This document shows positions 7,973 to 20,400 of a stretch of 64,000 nt of DNA, piece by piece. The DNA is from a virus: IMG/VR virus record IMGVR_UViG_3300050166_000025, positions 64,001-128,000 of that record. The stretch is one strand, 5' to 3'. The position numbers and the translations under genes are program-made. The notes below the pieces were generated by a model. It was not told the DNA's origin. It saw nothing but the letters and a program-made list of their open reading frames with translations, and did not search any database. The number at the start of each line of letters is the position of its first letter. Position 1 is the first letter of the stretch.

Positions 7973-10225
7973 TTAATATATTGAGGCTGTTCTATTTGTT
8001 GAAGTACCACCTGTGATTGCTAAAGTGTATGAGTAATTCCCAGCAGGAACTTGAACAGTTAATATTTGCTGTGGATTATTAGCGTCAACGTCTCCATATA
8101 ACGTGTAATTCTGACTACCACCTGAAATAATTAATTGAGAAGAACCTGTTCCACCACTAGAGAATGAGCGAGTTGTTCTAAGAGTAATAGTAGAAGTTCC
8201 TGATACCGATAAGCTTCCATTTGTAGATAGCGTAGTAGCATCGCTGACCATTGTTCCTCCAAAGAAAGTATACGCAGCTCCAACGTTTGCAACTATTTCA
8301 GGAGAGTATTGAATCGAGCTCTGAGTTCCTGTTGCAGCGTCTAGCGTCACTATACCTACTCTAAAATAATAGGTTTCCACAGAAGAAAGAGCATAAGTGC
8401 CGCTAGTTGGAATCACGTAGGTTGAGCCAGTTGCTCCTGAAATGTTAAACATTCCATTTGAACCAAATCTCATCTGCCACTGATACGCGTGAGTAAGTTG
8501 TGATGTATTTCTCCAAGCAGGTAAACTCTTAGATGAATATAAAGTTGCAGTTTCATTGATAATCATACTCTTATTGCTAGGACCTCCAACCGAATCAAAT
8601 GCTGCAACCGGTAAAATACATGTCTGTGCATCTCCATTCTCTAAGCAAGGCGCAGGGAATAGGTTATCAAAGATAACGCCAGCGTTAACATATCTAACGT
8701 ATCCGTCTACGGTGTAGTATCCATCATTAGCTGGTAAAGTTGTACCAGTTTGATATAAGTAAACCTTACCTGTTGGGCCTTCGTAATTTAAGTCAACATC
8801 TCTCCATGCTTCCGCTTTAGTTCCTGCAACTTGATGTTGAATCCATGAAGCGTATGTTGGATTGGTAGGTGGAATAGAAATATCATATACATTCGAGTTG
8901 TAACCTGCGCATGAATCCCATGGATTAGTAGAAGAAGTCATGGTAACCGAAGCAATTATTAAATTATTAATAATTTCGCCTTGATCTCCAGCATCTTCCC
9001 AATATAAATTATCATGGCCTAAGTAAACAATATGAACCATTTTGTAAAGATCCATCGCCACGCCACTTGAACCCGGATAAATTAACTCGTTAGCAGTATT
9101 AAGATTTGTAGTAATAGTATACTCGTTATGAACTGATTCGTACGTAGCATCTAAACCTAAGTCAGCGCCACCGTTCAAGGCTAAAATTGAATTAATTATT
9201 TCAATCGGACCTTGCCCTTGACCAGATGGTCTCTCCGTGTTGTTTGTGATCTTGTAACTGAAAGAGCATAGGTCTTTAGTTGAATAAGAGACTCCAGCCC
9301 CATCAATCCAGTTTTTACCATTTGAGATATACCATCCTTTATAAGCTCCTTTTCCTCTGCCATATAGGATATGAAGAGGTGAGGCATCGCTTGGAAGAAA
9401 TGCTCCTTGTTCAAAGTTATTAGGATTATCGAAAATGTCGGTTAATACCGGCACAATAGTTCCTACTGGAACTGCTCCACCTATTTCTGAAATATTTTTC
9501 CAGGTTGCATTTCCTAAAGAGTCTGTTCCTGCTAAAATTTTATTAAGTGCCGGCGTACCAACGTGTATTTGTAGAGGTGCTGTAATTGTTACACCTTCAT
9601 TAAAGTTAGTAGCAACATTAGCCTCTAGCAGATCAGCGTCTATTGTAACTAGATCGTTCGCACCATCTGAAAATATATGTTTTGCTGCTACTTTTTTATT
9701 AACAGTATTTGTAAGAGAACTAAATGATTCTGTTTTGACAGTTTTGTCACCTACTAAATCAATGTTAATATACGCAAAGTTTCCATTGGTATTGGTAACT
9801 CCATCATCTAATAGTTGAACGTTATAATTATGAAGACCTGTCTTTTTATTAATTAAAAGGCTTGACTCCTGTAAAACAACATCATATAAAGGATCATTTT
9901 TATCAACACCCACCATTATGGTCGGAGCGTTTGGTTTAGCAGTGTGATCGTGTATAGGAACGATTGTGTTGTTATTAGCACCTACGTTAACTTTCCAGAA
10001 CTCTTGGCCTGGATCTCCTTTTTGTCCAGCTGGACCCTGTAATCCTGGAGCTCCGGTATCACCCGTGTCTCCAGTCAAACCATCAAAGCCTCTTATACCT
10101 TGAGCGCCTTGGGCACCCATAGGACCACCACCGTTAACCATAATTTGATCGAAATTATAATTAAGCTTGTCTAACACTACGTTAGCGGAATCATTTATAA
10201 GTATTTCTTTAAGATTAATCGCCAT
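7973..10225 (-). CDS. tail fibre-like protein with short collagen segment and collar-like domain
   Basis: KLNYNF, G-X-Y repeat, VPVGTIV...GWYISNG collar-like motif; paralogue of next gene. Confidence 0.65.
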   Translation of the reverse strand: MAINLKEILINDSANVVLDKLNYNFDQIMVNGGGPMGAQGAQGIRGFDGLTGDTGDTGAPGLQGPAGQKGDPGQEFWKVNVGANNNTIVPIHDHTAKPNAPTIMVGVDKNDPLYDVVLQESSLLINKKTGLHNYNVQLLDDGVTNTNGNFAYINIDLVGDKTVKTESFSSLTNTVNKKVAAKHIFSDGANDLVTIDADLLEANVATNFNEGVTITAPLQIHVGTPALNKILAGTDSLGNATWKNISEIGGAVPVGTIVPVLTDIFDNPNNFEQGAFLPSDASPLHILYGRGKGAYKGWYISNGKNWIDGAGVSYSTKDLCSFSYKITNNTERPSGQGQGPIEIINSILALNGGADLGLDATYESVHNEYTITTNLNTANELIYPGSSGVAMDLYKMVHIVYLGHDNLYWEDAGDQGEIINNLIIASVTMTSSTNPWDSCAGYNSNVYDISIPPTNPTYASWIQHQVAGTKAEAWRDVDLNYEGPTGKVYLYQTGTTLPANDGYYTVDGYVRYVNAGVIFDNLFPAPCLENGDAQTCILPVAAFDSVGGPSNKSMIINETATLYSSKSLPAWRNTSQLTHAYQWQMRFGSNGMFNISGATGSTYVIPTSGTYALSSVETYYFRVGIVTLDAATGTQSSIQYSPEIVANVGAAYTFFGGTMVSDATTLSTNGSLSVSGTSTITLRTTRSFSSGGTGSSQLIISGGSQNYTLYGDVDANNPQQILTVQVPAGNYSYTLAITGGTSTNRTASIY

Positions 10226-10282
10226 GATGGTCTATTTTTTTCTATATAAGTATTTATCTGTCTTTTATTTAGTCGACAACCA

Positions 10283-12676
10283 TTATGAAATAGTCACCAT
10301 CGTAACAGACGTTGTTCCGCTTATTGTGTCATACGCTCCTACATAATAAGTATATTGCAAATAGGAGTCTTGCATTACAGTAAGATTGTCTCTTCTGTAT
10401 CTGCTAGGTGATGTAGAATAGTTATTAACTGGTTCTATCATCGATGTAGAATATGGTTGAGACGGAGGACTTAATTGGATATAATATCTAATATCGTACG
10501 TTCCATCTCCACCAGAAGGGGTTGCATATACTGAAATCCATCCTTCGGTTGAAGAAGTTATGCCTTTATTTATTACCAAACTTAATGCAACTGGGGCTGG
10601 TGGCAGAACCGGGTTTCCGGTTCCCGATGTTCCTGCAGTTCCACTAGTAGAACCAGAAGGAGAAGATGGGGAAGGTGCAGATGGTGTAACAGGACATCCG
10701 CTTTGGCCTGACACTAATTGAACGTTTCCAACCGCTCCGGGAGAAGAAGTATCTGTGACAGAGGTGTTATCCCATACGTAATACACATTATTGCCATAAT
10801 CATAATATTGCTGTGAAGCGATGTTTGGCTGTATTTGAGTGTATAATGTTCCACCTGATTGTTCACATGAATTTAATTTATAATACGTATATACTGGCGG
10901 AACATACGTGCATGATCCAGAAATGTTAACTTCGTTTTGACCTTCAGTATTAAAATTAGGGTCTGCCGCCGCAATTGCATCCGCATCCGCTTGAGAAATA
11001 GTGGACACATACTGCTTGCTATACGTCATAGTAGAACCTACATAATTAGAACCACAATTATCACGAGTAAAACTTCCGCTTCTGGTTGAAGTCCAGGTTG
11101 GAACTGTGTTGTCTATACAAACTCCCACTGTATTTGCATACGCTTGTCCTTGTGAATCAAAGTTAGGATCACTAGCAGCAATATTATCAACGATCACCTG
11201 TGAAATTATAGAAGCGTAATTTTTAGTGTAAGTTACTGGCGTTGTTGTAAAACCAGATTGGCAATTATTCTTAGAGAACTGCCCAGACCGGGTTGCAGTA
11301 TAAATAGTTGGCTGTGGAGTAGGCGTTGGAGCAGAACCTGGAGTAAATCCTAATACAGTAACACCTGTATTCGTTCTATTCCATGTGAGTTCATTGCCAC
11401 CCGTATCCCACTTTAAGTCTGATGCACCCAAATAACAAACGTATAGTAGTTTACTATTGCTAAACGTATTAGCACCACTTGCATTAGAATGAATTGTAGG
11501 CTGTTCGCCTGCATCTAAATATGTGGCTAGGGTCTGCTCATCAATAAGGTAAGTTGGAAAATTATAGTAATAGTTTACTCTAACATCGGCACCTGTAATA
11601 AAAGACTTGCCTAAAGTATTTGTAGTTGTAACTTCATGCGTTTGATCTCCTCCGTTTGATGCAATGTCATACTGAAAAGAATTCAGGTTTGGTAAAAAGT
11701 AACTGTTAGTTCCGTTTGTCCATGTTTCACCATTGCAAACATACCAGCCTTCATACTGTCCATTTGCTTTACCGGCTCCGACAGAAGTTAAAAGTTTTGG
11801 TGTGCCGGTCTGTGAAACCGTTTCGTGTGTAATAAAAGCAGTGTCTGTGAAAAGAGCAGAATCAACTCCAATTATGCTTCCTATTGGAAACGTAGTAATA
11901 AGGTTACTTAGCTTTTCCCATGCAGTATGACCCTGATTGTCTGTTGAAATTAAGACTTTTCCAAGACCAACTCCAGTAGTATTGATTTTAATAGTCTTAT
12001 CGATTTTAACCTGCCCATTTAATGTAACTGGATTGTGGATCTGAAATCCAACAGCTGAATCGATAGTGGCCCAGTTTACGTTTGTGAAAACGTGTGAAGC
12101 CGCTTCATATCTAAATACACCAATGGTATCGTCTGTCCATTTTTCTTCTAGGAAGGTGCTTATTCCATCCTGGTATAGAATAGTGTGTGATCTATTTCCG
12201 TTAACTGTATCATCGGCTTCAACATTTCTTAGAGTAATGTGATTTCTATAATCTAAAGGATCTAGTATATTCTTTGTTCTAATTCTTACAACTGAATCTT
12301 GGTCAGTTGAATCATAGTTCGTATCTAATTCTTCATAGCCAACTGAAATAGTAGTTGGGTAAATTTTATCTAGTTGGTTGGTTTTAAGAGTTGAATAGGA
12401 TAATGAATTGTCATTAGTTTTAATCCATAATGAATCTCCGACAACGCCCTTTTCACCTTGAGGACCAGTAGCTCCCTGTAAACCAGTTAAACCCTTAACA
12501 CCTTTAACTCCTTCTTCTCCAGGTAAACCTGTTTCACCAACAGGACCCATTGGACCACCACCTGCCACTCTAATTTGTTCAAAGTTATAGTTTAACTTAT
12601 CTAATTTTTGAAGTGACCAGAAGGCACCAGATGAATCTATATCCGATGCGTAAATTTCTTTGATTATAATCGACAT
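10283..12676 (-). CDS. tail fibre-like protein (collagen, collar-like domain, two DUF5977-like repeats)
   Basis: KLNYNF, G-X-Y repeat, FPIGSII...GWYVCNG...LPNL; two SGxFxxxNC...Y.S.ISQ repeats. Confidence 0.65.
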   Translation of the reverse strand: MSIIIKEIYASDIDSSGAFWSLQKLDKLNYNFEQIRVAGGGPMGPVGETGLPGEEGVKGVKGLTGLQGATGPQGEKGVVGDSLWIKTNDNSLSYSTLKTNQLDKIYPTTISVGYEELDTNYDSTDQDSVVRIRTKNILDPLDYRNHITLRNVEADDTVNGNRSHTILYQDGISTFLEEKWTDDTIGVFRYEAASHVFTNVNWATIDSAVGFQIHNPVTLNGQVKIDKTIKINTTGVGLGKVLISTDNQGHTAWEKLSNLITTFPIGSIIGVDSALFTDTAFITHETVSQTGTPKLLTSVGAGKANGQYEGWYVCNGETWTNGTNSYFLPNLNSFQYDIASNGGDQTHEVTTTNTLGKSFITGADVRVNYYYNFPTYLIDEQTLATYLDAGEQPTIHSNASGANTFSNSKLLYVCYLGASDLKWDTGGNELTWNRTNTGVTVLGFTPGSAPTPTPQPTIYTATRSGQFSKNNCQSGFTTTPVTYTKNYASIISQVIVDNIAASDPNFDSQGQAYANTVGVCIDNTVPTWTSTRSGSFTRDNCGSNYVGSTMTYSKQYVSTISQADADAIAAADPNFNTEGQNEVNISGSCTYVPPVYTYYKLNSCEQSGGTLYTQIQPNIASQQYYDYGNNVYYVWDNTSVTDTSSPGAVGNVQLVSGQSGCPVTPSAPSPSSPSGSTSGTAGTSGTGNPVLPPAPVALSLVINKGITSSTEGWISVYATPSGGDGTYDIRYYIQLSPPSQPYSTSMIEPVNNYSTSPSRYRRDNLTVMQDSYLQYTYYVGAYDTISGTTSVTMVTIS

Positions 12677-12677
12677 T

Positions 12678-15600
12678 TTACGCCTTTATTTTAACTACGA
12701 GTTTAAATTGATAACTATATTCGTATCTTTTATTATATATCAATCTAAAACTCAGGCTGTCATTTGCAAATGTATCTATCGCATATCCAGTTTGTTCTTT
12801 ATAAACAGTTGTATCTATGTCTGTTGCATTTACTACGCTTAAAAAATCAGTAGACAGGTTCTTTCCTTCATTAGCAAACACTTGAACAAATTGAATGTTA
12901 AATCTAGGCGCAATGTTAGCCCTTACATACTCTTGTAAATCATCATCAATAGTGTTTAGGCTACCTGCTGATTTAGAAGGTGTCACGTACTTACTGAAGT
13001 TTGAATAGATTCCATTTTCAATCAATTCATTTAGAATAGACTGTTCAATGTAAAAATCAGCATACACCTTATCAGCAGTTTCGGCCCAAATGATTGCAGT
13101 GTTAGAACCACCGTTTAAGCCGTTTAATCTGATTTTATCTAATTCATCTACAGTTGCGACCTGTGAAGTTGTAAATGCCGTAATATCGTAAGTGTCATTG
13201 ACTTTCATAATGGTAGATGCCAAGAAAGCTCTCTTTTCAACCGGGCTAAATGTTCCATTAACCTCAGTATTTCCAATATTGGCTGAAGACTTTACAAAAT
13301 AGTTTGACGCGTACTTGGATTGCAGAACGTTCATGTCTCTCTTATCAATTGCAATTTCACCAATCTTAGGATACACTGGAGTTTTATCAGTTGCCATCGA
13401 TAATTTTAGAGTAGAATCAGGTGCGTCTGGATTCACTTTATGGAAATGATAATTTTTTATTATTCCCCATCCAGCTTCTCCTTCTTCTGCAAAGTATGAC
13501 GCAAAAGCAATGCCTAATCTGTTAAATTTATCATAGATTAATTTCTTTCTCTCGTCAATGCCATTTGAGTCAACGCCTTTATTTTCAGTATAAATGTCAG
13601 TGAATGTGATCACGTCACATGTTAATGGATTGTAGTGCCCATTCATTCTACGCAACTCGACAAAATATGAATCTGGTCGCTCAACTATTTTCTTTCCAAC
13701 CTCGGTTGAAGTTATTTTATATGAAAGAGGCTTATCTGCATCTACGTCTGCTTTAATAAATGAAGGCTTTACTAATGAAGTTCCATCCTGAATATTCAAG
13801 ATGTAATCATTTAGAGTCTCTACTCCAGAAGTAGAGATAGTAGAATATTTAATTGAAGCGGAACTTGTGTTAAATACCTCGCTCATGTTCTTAGCCTGTA
13901 AACCCTCTACAATTTCTCTAAACGCATCATAACCTCCTTGGTGATAAGTATAAGTTAGTGTTTTTTGAATTGATTTAGAAACTCCAGTCACATCATTCCA
14001 TCTTGCGCCAGTTGTATTTGTATTAGGATCCCATTCGTATGGTAATCCATCCACAACAATAGTAGAATCGTTAAGCACCTCAATAACCTTAAGAGCTTTT
14101 TTCTGCACAACCTGCGTTAAATAATTAGTCCAGTCAAAAATTAGATATGAATATCCGTTAACAGTATCCGTGTTTATTGGATTGATCTGCTTTTCAAACT
14201 GTGGCTTATTGCCAACTTGATCAGTTAATCCCGTTAAAGTTACTCCATTTGGAGAATTCCAATCCCCTGTGTTTAAATCAAGAATACCAGTTAGTGGTGT
14301 GTCAATATATTTTCCATCTAAAATTGCATGCTTAATTTCATAGAGAACTTTTCTAGTTATAGCATCTATGTCATTATGTTGTAGTCTAAGATTTATGTAG
14401 ATGCAAATAAATTGATGTGCATCATTCTTTATAACTTCAATGCTGTATCCGTTTGTATTGGCGCTTGTTTCTAAGTTTAAGACCGAAGCAAACCTATAAC
14501 CATTCACATCAGTCGTTTTGAATTCAGATGGATGCGCTTTACGATTCTCTTTTCTGGATTTAAACTGATATCGCAATCCTCTAAATATAGTCGATGAGAA
14601 GTTATGCGAGCTTCCATCTTCAAATTTAGAATACATCTTTCTAGTTTCAGATTTGACAAAGTTGATAGAAAAAGAATCAAACGTCTCTCCCACAAATAAA
14701 CCAGGGTTTTCACCATAGAATGAGATAGTGTCTTCCCCTAGACCTATAATTGGCATTGAAGGTAAAGTATACTCAGTTCCATTGTATGCGATAATCTTGT
14801 TTACATCTATAATAGAAGATTTAAACTTGCCAGTAAAAGTGACTAGATGCGCTAATCCATTTACTTGTATGCTTTTTATTGAAACAGCATCAGAGTATGC
14901 ACCATCCCAAATAAAGAATTTATCAAAATAATTCTTATCGGTTCTCTTTAAATTTTCAACAGTTAACTCACTTGTAATTGAAGTGTTATATCCAACGTAG
15001 CTCTGTAATTTCTTCATGTTTGCCGAAGATCCTTCGTAGATTGATGGAATATAATTAATATGAAAATGTTCCATACTGTAATCAAGAGGATCTCTCTGTT
15101 TTCCAGTATTTAGAACAGGTGACATGTTATCACTGCCAAAAGCCTCACTATATGTTAAGATATAAGGCTTCATTCTAGCGTTAAACGCGTCTTTAAGAGC
15201 AAACTTATTAATCACAGGCGTAACTCTTGAGTATACCGCAGTTTCTTTTAACTGATTTTCAAACAGTCTATCGTATTCGGAATTAATTTTAAAATCTTTA
15301 ATGCTAAGAGCAGCGTCTTGGCTTAAATTCGAGATAGTTTCTCTTTTATTAACAACTTCGCTCTCTAATACTGGATAAATCGTTGGAAAATAATCAACTG
15401 CTCTTTCATTAAAATTAGGTTCACATGCTGCTTCATATCTATTATAAGAGTTTAAATCTAATAAAAGATCTTCAACCATGAGTTCACCTAAATCAGAATT
15501 AGATTGATCATAAAAATCAAAGTCAAAATCCTTTAATGCGTACGCACTAAACTTACCGTATTCTGTTCTATAATCAGAATACACGTTTACAATTTTAGTT

Positions 15601-17402
15601 CTAGATAATTCTATCGGCTCTTCTGTAATAATTCGGTATGCGCCGGTTGTAAATGGATCCTTGGTTATTTGTTTAATCTTAACAAACTTTTCTGTTTTAT
15701 AATTTTTGAAATATTGACCAGCTGTAATAGTTCCTTTATTTTCAATATTAACTACAAACGTAGTTCCTTTAACTCCGCCACCAGTTGGAGTCCAAACGGT
15801 CCAGCCTGGAAGAGTTAATCCAATTGAGTCTTGTATTCCAGTATTGACCTGTATAAATGTGGAAATATTAGCGTTTAATACACCGAAAGCCGTTAGTTTT
15901 CTAGTGTTACCTATGCCATAATCTTCAATGATTAGTCTTTCACCAATATGAATTGCAGTGTAAGGAATTTCAGACGCAGTAATTACGGATGCTAACGCAG
16001 AAGCAATCTGTGAAAGGGTTCCAGCATTAGAATATGTGTTATTGATATATGTGCCTGCCGATAAACTAGACTCGGCTACAAATTCAAAATCATGCAACAT
16101 TCCATTAACTGCGTTTAATTCTGATTTAGCGGCCAATAAGAGCTTGTCACCATTATGAGGAACTGCAATTATTTGAATATCTAATACATCTTTCATGTCT
16201 TTTAAAAGATCTTCTAACTGAATAGAGCTACCTTTTAATTTATCAGTGAATGTTGAAGTATTGGCTTTATTCAATGAAACAGGAAGAGAATATATGTTGT
16301 TAAATTTAACGCCGTTCTTAATGTGATAAAAATCACCGGCCGTAGATTTAACCCAGTTCAATGTGGGTAGAGCTAAATCCGCCGCAGTTAAGAACATGTC
16401 ATCATTCGTTAGAGAGGTTCCTTGTAGACTGTATTCAGTTTTAACTGAGCCGACTTGAATGTCTAGGGACTCTGTATTCTCTCCGTTGTTTGCGTTATAT
16501 GAAATGAAATCTCCCTCTTTAATAGAATCAACATACATTCCAAAATATCTGTATATCTTATAAGTGTCTGCGTTTACATCGTCAAATAAAAATTCCAGAT
16601 TAATAAGATTTGCAATTGCGGTTTCAGTTCTTTCGAAACCTGAAGTTAAGATGTGATTATTTAGGATCTCAATCTTATCAGCAATTAAATCTCCGTTTGT
16701 ATATTCTTTCTTTTGAACAAATCCACCATGCACAACATCAATGCCATTGAATACGGTTGGTTGATTTACGTCAAAGTTATGAGTGATTGCTGCCTTTGGG
16801 AATTTGACATCGTTTACATGTGAATTAAGGTATGTACCAAGCTTTGAAGTTGGGCCGAGATCAAATGTTTTAACGATGGTTGCTCCCTTTAACATCTGCA
16901 TAACTCTTTCGTTTTGAGAAACTGTGGTGTTGTCAAGGTCTTTATTGAAGTCTGTTCCTTCAACTCTGTAAATTACAAAGTGAGAAGGCATATTCTTCTC
17001 TAACCAAATAGGTGCAAAGAATCTGTATTGTTCAGGATAAAATTTAGAAGAATTGAAATACGCTCCATATTGATATTGCGTTTCATACTGTTTGGCATAA
17101 TCACCATACACGCTTAGGTCTGAATTCTCTCTTAGAGTTTCATACTTAATTGCGCTAGGAGTTTTTAGACCGTAGAAAGATGCGACATCATTTGAATATT
17201 TTCCAGTATGATCAACTGGTCTATTCTTAAATGTTGTATTTGAAAGAGATGAATTCGACGAGATAGAATCCATATATAACGACCCGGCTGAATTAACCAC
17301 CAATTTGACGTTAGTAGTTAACTTTGGATTCGTTCTCAATAAGCCAAATGAAAGATCATCTACCTTATTATTTATCGCATCAAAGTTGGTTGTTATACTC
17401 AT
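12678..17402 (-). CDS. large virion structural (baseplate) protein
   Basis: 1574 aa ORF in tail/baseplate block with putative late promoter. Confidence 0.6.
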   Translation of the reverse strand: MSITTNFDAINNKVDDLSFGLLRTNPKLTTNVKLVVNSAGSLYMDSISSNSSLSNTTFKNRPVDHTGKYSNDVASFYGLKTPSAIKYETLRENSDLSVYGDYAKQYETQYQYGAYFNSSKFYPEQYRFFAPIWLEKNMPSHFVIYRVEGTDFNKDLDNTTVSQNERVMQMLKGATIVKTFDLGPTSKLGTYLNSHVNDVKFPKAAITHNFDVNQPTVFNGIDVVHGGFVQKKEYTNGDLIADKIEILNNHILTSGFERTETAIANLINLEFLFDDVNADTYKIYRYFGMYVDSIKEGDFISYNANNGENTESLDIQVGSVKTEYSLQGTSLTNDDMFLTAADLALPTLNWVKSTAGDFYHIKNGVKFNNIYSLPVSLNKANTSTFTDKLKGSSIQLEDLLKDMKDVLDIQIIAVPHNGDKLLLAAKSELNAVNGMLHDFEFVAESSLSAGTYINNTYSNAGTLSQIASALASVITASEIPYTAIHIGERLIIEDYGIGNTRKLTAFGVLNANISTFIQVNTGIQDSIGLTLPGWTVWTPTGGGVKGTTFVVNIENKGTITAGQYFKNYKTEKFVKIKQITKDPFTTGAYRIITEEPIELSRTKIVNVYSDYRTEYGKFSAYALKDFDFDFYDQSNSDLGELMVEDLLLDLNSYNRYEAACEPNFNERAVDYFPTIYPVLESEVVNKRETISNLSQDAALSIKDFKINSEYDRLFENQLKETAVYSRVTPVINKFALKDAFNARMKPYILTYSEAFGSDNMSPVLNTGKQRDPLDYSMEHFHINYIPSIYEGSSANMKKLQSYVGYNTSITSELTVENLKRTDKNYFDKFFIWDGAYSDAVSIKSIQVNGLAHLVTFTGKFKSSIIDVNKIIAYNGTEYTLPSMPIIGLGEDTISFYGENPGLFVGETFDSFSINFVKSETRKMYSKFEDGSSHNFSSTIFRGLRYQFKSRKENRKAHPSEFKTTDVNGYRFASVLNLETSANTNGYSIEVIKNDAHQFICIYINLRLQHNDIDAITRKVLYEIKHAILDGKYIDTPLTGILDLNTGDWNSPNGVTLTGLTDQVGNKPQFEKQINPINTDTVNGYSYLIFDWTNYLTQVVQKKALKVIEVLNDSTIVVDGLPYEWDPNTNTTGARWNDVTGVSKSIQKTLTYTYHQGGYDAFREIVEGLQAKNMSEVFNTSSASIKYSTISTSGVETLNDYILNIQDGTSLVKPSFIKADVDADKPLSYKITSTEVGKKIVERPDSYFVELRRMNGHYNPLTCDVITFTDIYTENKGVDSNGIDERKKLIYDKFNRLGIAFASYFAEEGEAGWGIIKNYHFHKVNPDAPDSTLKLSMATDKTPVYPKIGEIAIDKRDMNVLQSKYASNYFVKSSANIGNTEVNGTFSPVEKRAFLASTIMKVNDTYDITAFTTSQVATVDELDKIRLNGLNGGSNTAIIWAETADKVYADFYIEQSILNELIENGIYSNFSKYVTPSKSAGSLNTIDDDLQEYVRANIAPRFNIQFVQVFANEGKNLSTDFLSVVNATDIDTTVYKEQTGYAIDTFANDSLSFRLIYNKRYEYSYQFKLVVKIKA

Positions 17403-17470
17403 TAGAAATTCCTATATGTATTGTTAGTAATATATATCACACTCACTTACAATAGGAATTTCTTAGAACA

Positions 17471-20400
17471 TTATCTCAGCTGTGAAATTTCTCCTGGTGT
17501 AGAGAAATCATTTGCATCAACAAAGAGTCTTTTGTGAGCTCCACCCGGCAAAGTTGAATTATAATTGCTTATCATTCCACTAGTAACGTTTGTTGAAGAG
17601 GAACCCTCTTGCTTGTATTTTGCGTATACTTCAACGTCAAAGAAGAAAGAATCTCCATTCTTTTCTAAAATATCAATACCAATTTTCTTAGAGTAAGTAA
17701 TGTTGCTTAGCGTATTTCCAACAATACCACCTATTCTACCAGTTTCGTTTACGCTGCTAGTAGTGCTAATACCAGTATCTGCGATACCATAATAATCTGT
17801 CATTCTATATTGGAAGATTAAATCTACTGAGATTGCATTGGTAGCACCTTGTTTAAGAGCTTTAGTTCCAAATTTATTATCAGCGCTTACGCTTAAACTC
17901 GTCTTCTCTAATGGAGCAAGATATAGATATGCACCACATGAATGACCACCTAATAAGTATTGATCGTTTGCATCAAATGACATCTTTAACGTTTGAGTCT
18001 TTGAAACTCCACCATCGTTAATCCATGTCGTTAATTTGTATGGATTTTGAAGAGCACCGTCTGTCATGTTAGCTCTTCTAGCTGAATTCTTCGACATTCT
18101 AACAAGACCATTACCCTGAATTTGTTGCGGAGTAATGATACCATTCTTTAACAATGGGTGGTCTTTATGTAAGAAAATACCGTTATCATACTTTTCATTT
18201 GTTAATACCGCATCACCAGAACCAATTGCAAGTTCAGTTAATCTTGGCGTAGTTGCATTGTTATATGCTCCAGACCAAATGAATGCATTAGAATCAGAAG
18301 ACGTGTTAAAATCAACAGAAGTTGCGTTATCGTAATTTCTTACTCTATTAGAATCAATTATAACATTATTAAACTTATATCCTAAACCATATTCAAAATC
18401 ATCAATACCACTAACATCTGTTAAATCAGGGGCATCCATTGAATATAGGTCTGCGTCATTTGCTAAATTACGGAATCTAGAATAGATGAATTGACCTCTT
18501 AATTGACCTGACTGCAATGGAATAGAATTAAAGAAGGTATTATTGGCAATAGAAGTGGCATCTATATTTTGGTATAAGATTGGCACTAAATCATATTTAC
18601 CTTCTGTTGTATAGTAAGTATTCGCTAACACTTCGGCGTCAGGTGTTGCTGACGGAGAAACACCTAAAACAGTTGAATTTCCTGAAGCGTATGCTGGCTT
18701 TTCTCTGTCTCCAATTAATCTTGCAACTAATTCTAATTCAGATGCTTTAGTGTTAGTCAGCTTAAGCTTAAAGTTCTTTGTTACAATTGCACCTTTTCTA
18801 TCTGTTTGTCCAGTAATCTCATCCACATAATAGCCTGCAAATAATTTGACAACTGAGTGATTATTAACAATGGTTTGATTTCCAGCCTGATCTTCAATAT
18901 AGACTGCCAGCTCTCCAAGAGTTCCAGCAATTTGTGCTTGTAAGGCTTGAATCTGTGCTTGCATTTCTACTAACTTATCGAATAAGCTAACCGGATTCTG
19001 CTCAGTTGTTAAAAAACCAGATGCGATCGTAGTTGCGTTATGCGCAAAATATTTAGAGTTGGCAATAAATGAATCATCTAAGTGATTATAAACGCCGGTT
19101 GTTTTTAAATCTTGATCAACCTGAACCTTAATTACTTCAAGCGAGTTTTGATTGATAGTATCTGTTAAAGCGGTTCCAGTAAATTGTCCTTCTGGAAATT
19201 CTATCTTTGCAATATTAGACCAATCTGACTCAACTGGATTTGCTGGAAAACCTGCCTCTGAAAGAGACTTAACCATAATTTCAACCGCTTCTCCGGACTG
19301 AAGAGCAATATCTAATGAATTAAAGTTTACGACTTGTGCATCCTCTTCATTTTCAATCTGCCAATAATATTTACCGTTAGAATCTTTAACACGTGTTCTA
19401 ACTGGTCCTAGTACCTCAATCCAGTTTGAAAATGCTGCGGTTTTAGTAGTAGCGTTGTTAGTATCGTTAAATGGTATTTGTTCAATTTGACTTGTTTTAC
19501 CGTTTGTTGAAACATAACGATATCTAATCTTAAACTGAACTACTTCTTGTGGAACTGAATCAGCTAATTTTTTAGCAAAAGGAACTGACCAGAAGCCTCT
19601 AACTTTGAATTTAGGAGCAACCGTCGATAAATTATTAGAATCAGCGATTGCTTTAATTTCTGAAACTAAAGAAGCATATAGGCTAGACTCAGTATTTCTC
19701 TGATCTACTAAAGCTTTATATTCATTTTGATCTCTGTCTTTTTCAACAGTAGACGTATACTTCTTGGTCATAATCGAAGTTTTCTTTTGACCAATAGCTT
19801 CATCTAATTTTTTAATAGCCTGCTCTGAAGCAGCCTTGTCAGATTTTAATTTTGTAATCTTGTTAGTTGCATCGTTATCCGTCAAGTGAGAATTAACTTG
19901 CACAACTTTGAAGTTATTTACCTCTAAAACAGGAGCATTCGGTACTAAACCAACTGTCGCAGGTGGAATAAAGTCGTTTTTTAAGCTCTTAATAAATTGC
20001 CCAAAATCAGCAACTTCAGTTTTATAGTAATCTGCTAGAGTGACAGAACTGCCGTCACTCATATTTAGTTTAAGATCGTTTGAGTAGAATGCAATTCCTG
20101 GAGAAAATTCTTCTGCCATTATCTTAGAATCTACGTCAATAGCCTTAATAAAGATAACTTGTCTTTCATCGAATGCAACGTTTAACTCAACACTAGTTTG
20201 AATTTCAGTCTCTTTATAGATTTTAAGTTCATCTGCTCCAATGTTAACTCCTTCAAATCCTTCAATTAACTCAAGCTCTATTTGGTAAGTGCTGCTGTTT
20301 AAAGATTTGACAATGTATCTAGTTGCTAGTTTTCCTGTATTCACCACTAATGAGTCACCAACCTTAAGAGTTTCTGTCTCCTTTAACGCTTTAGATGAGT

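Noticed and set aside
10221-10290. Possible hairpin lock over the start at 10225
   Set aside because: Only about 8 of 9 pairs across a long AT-rich loop; too weak to claim
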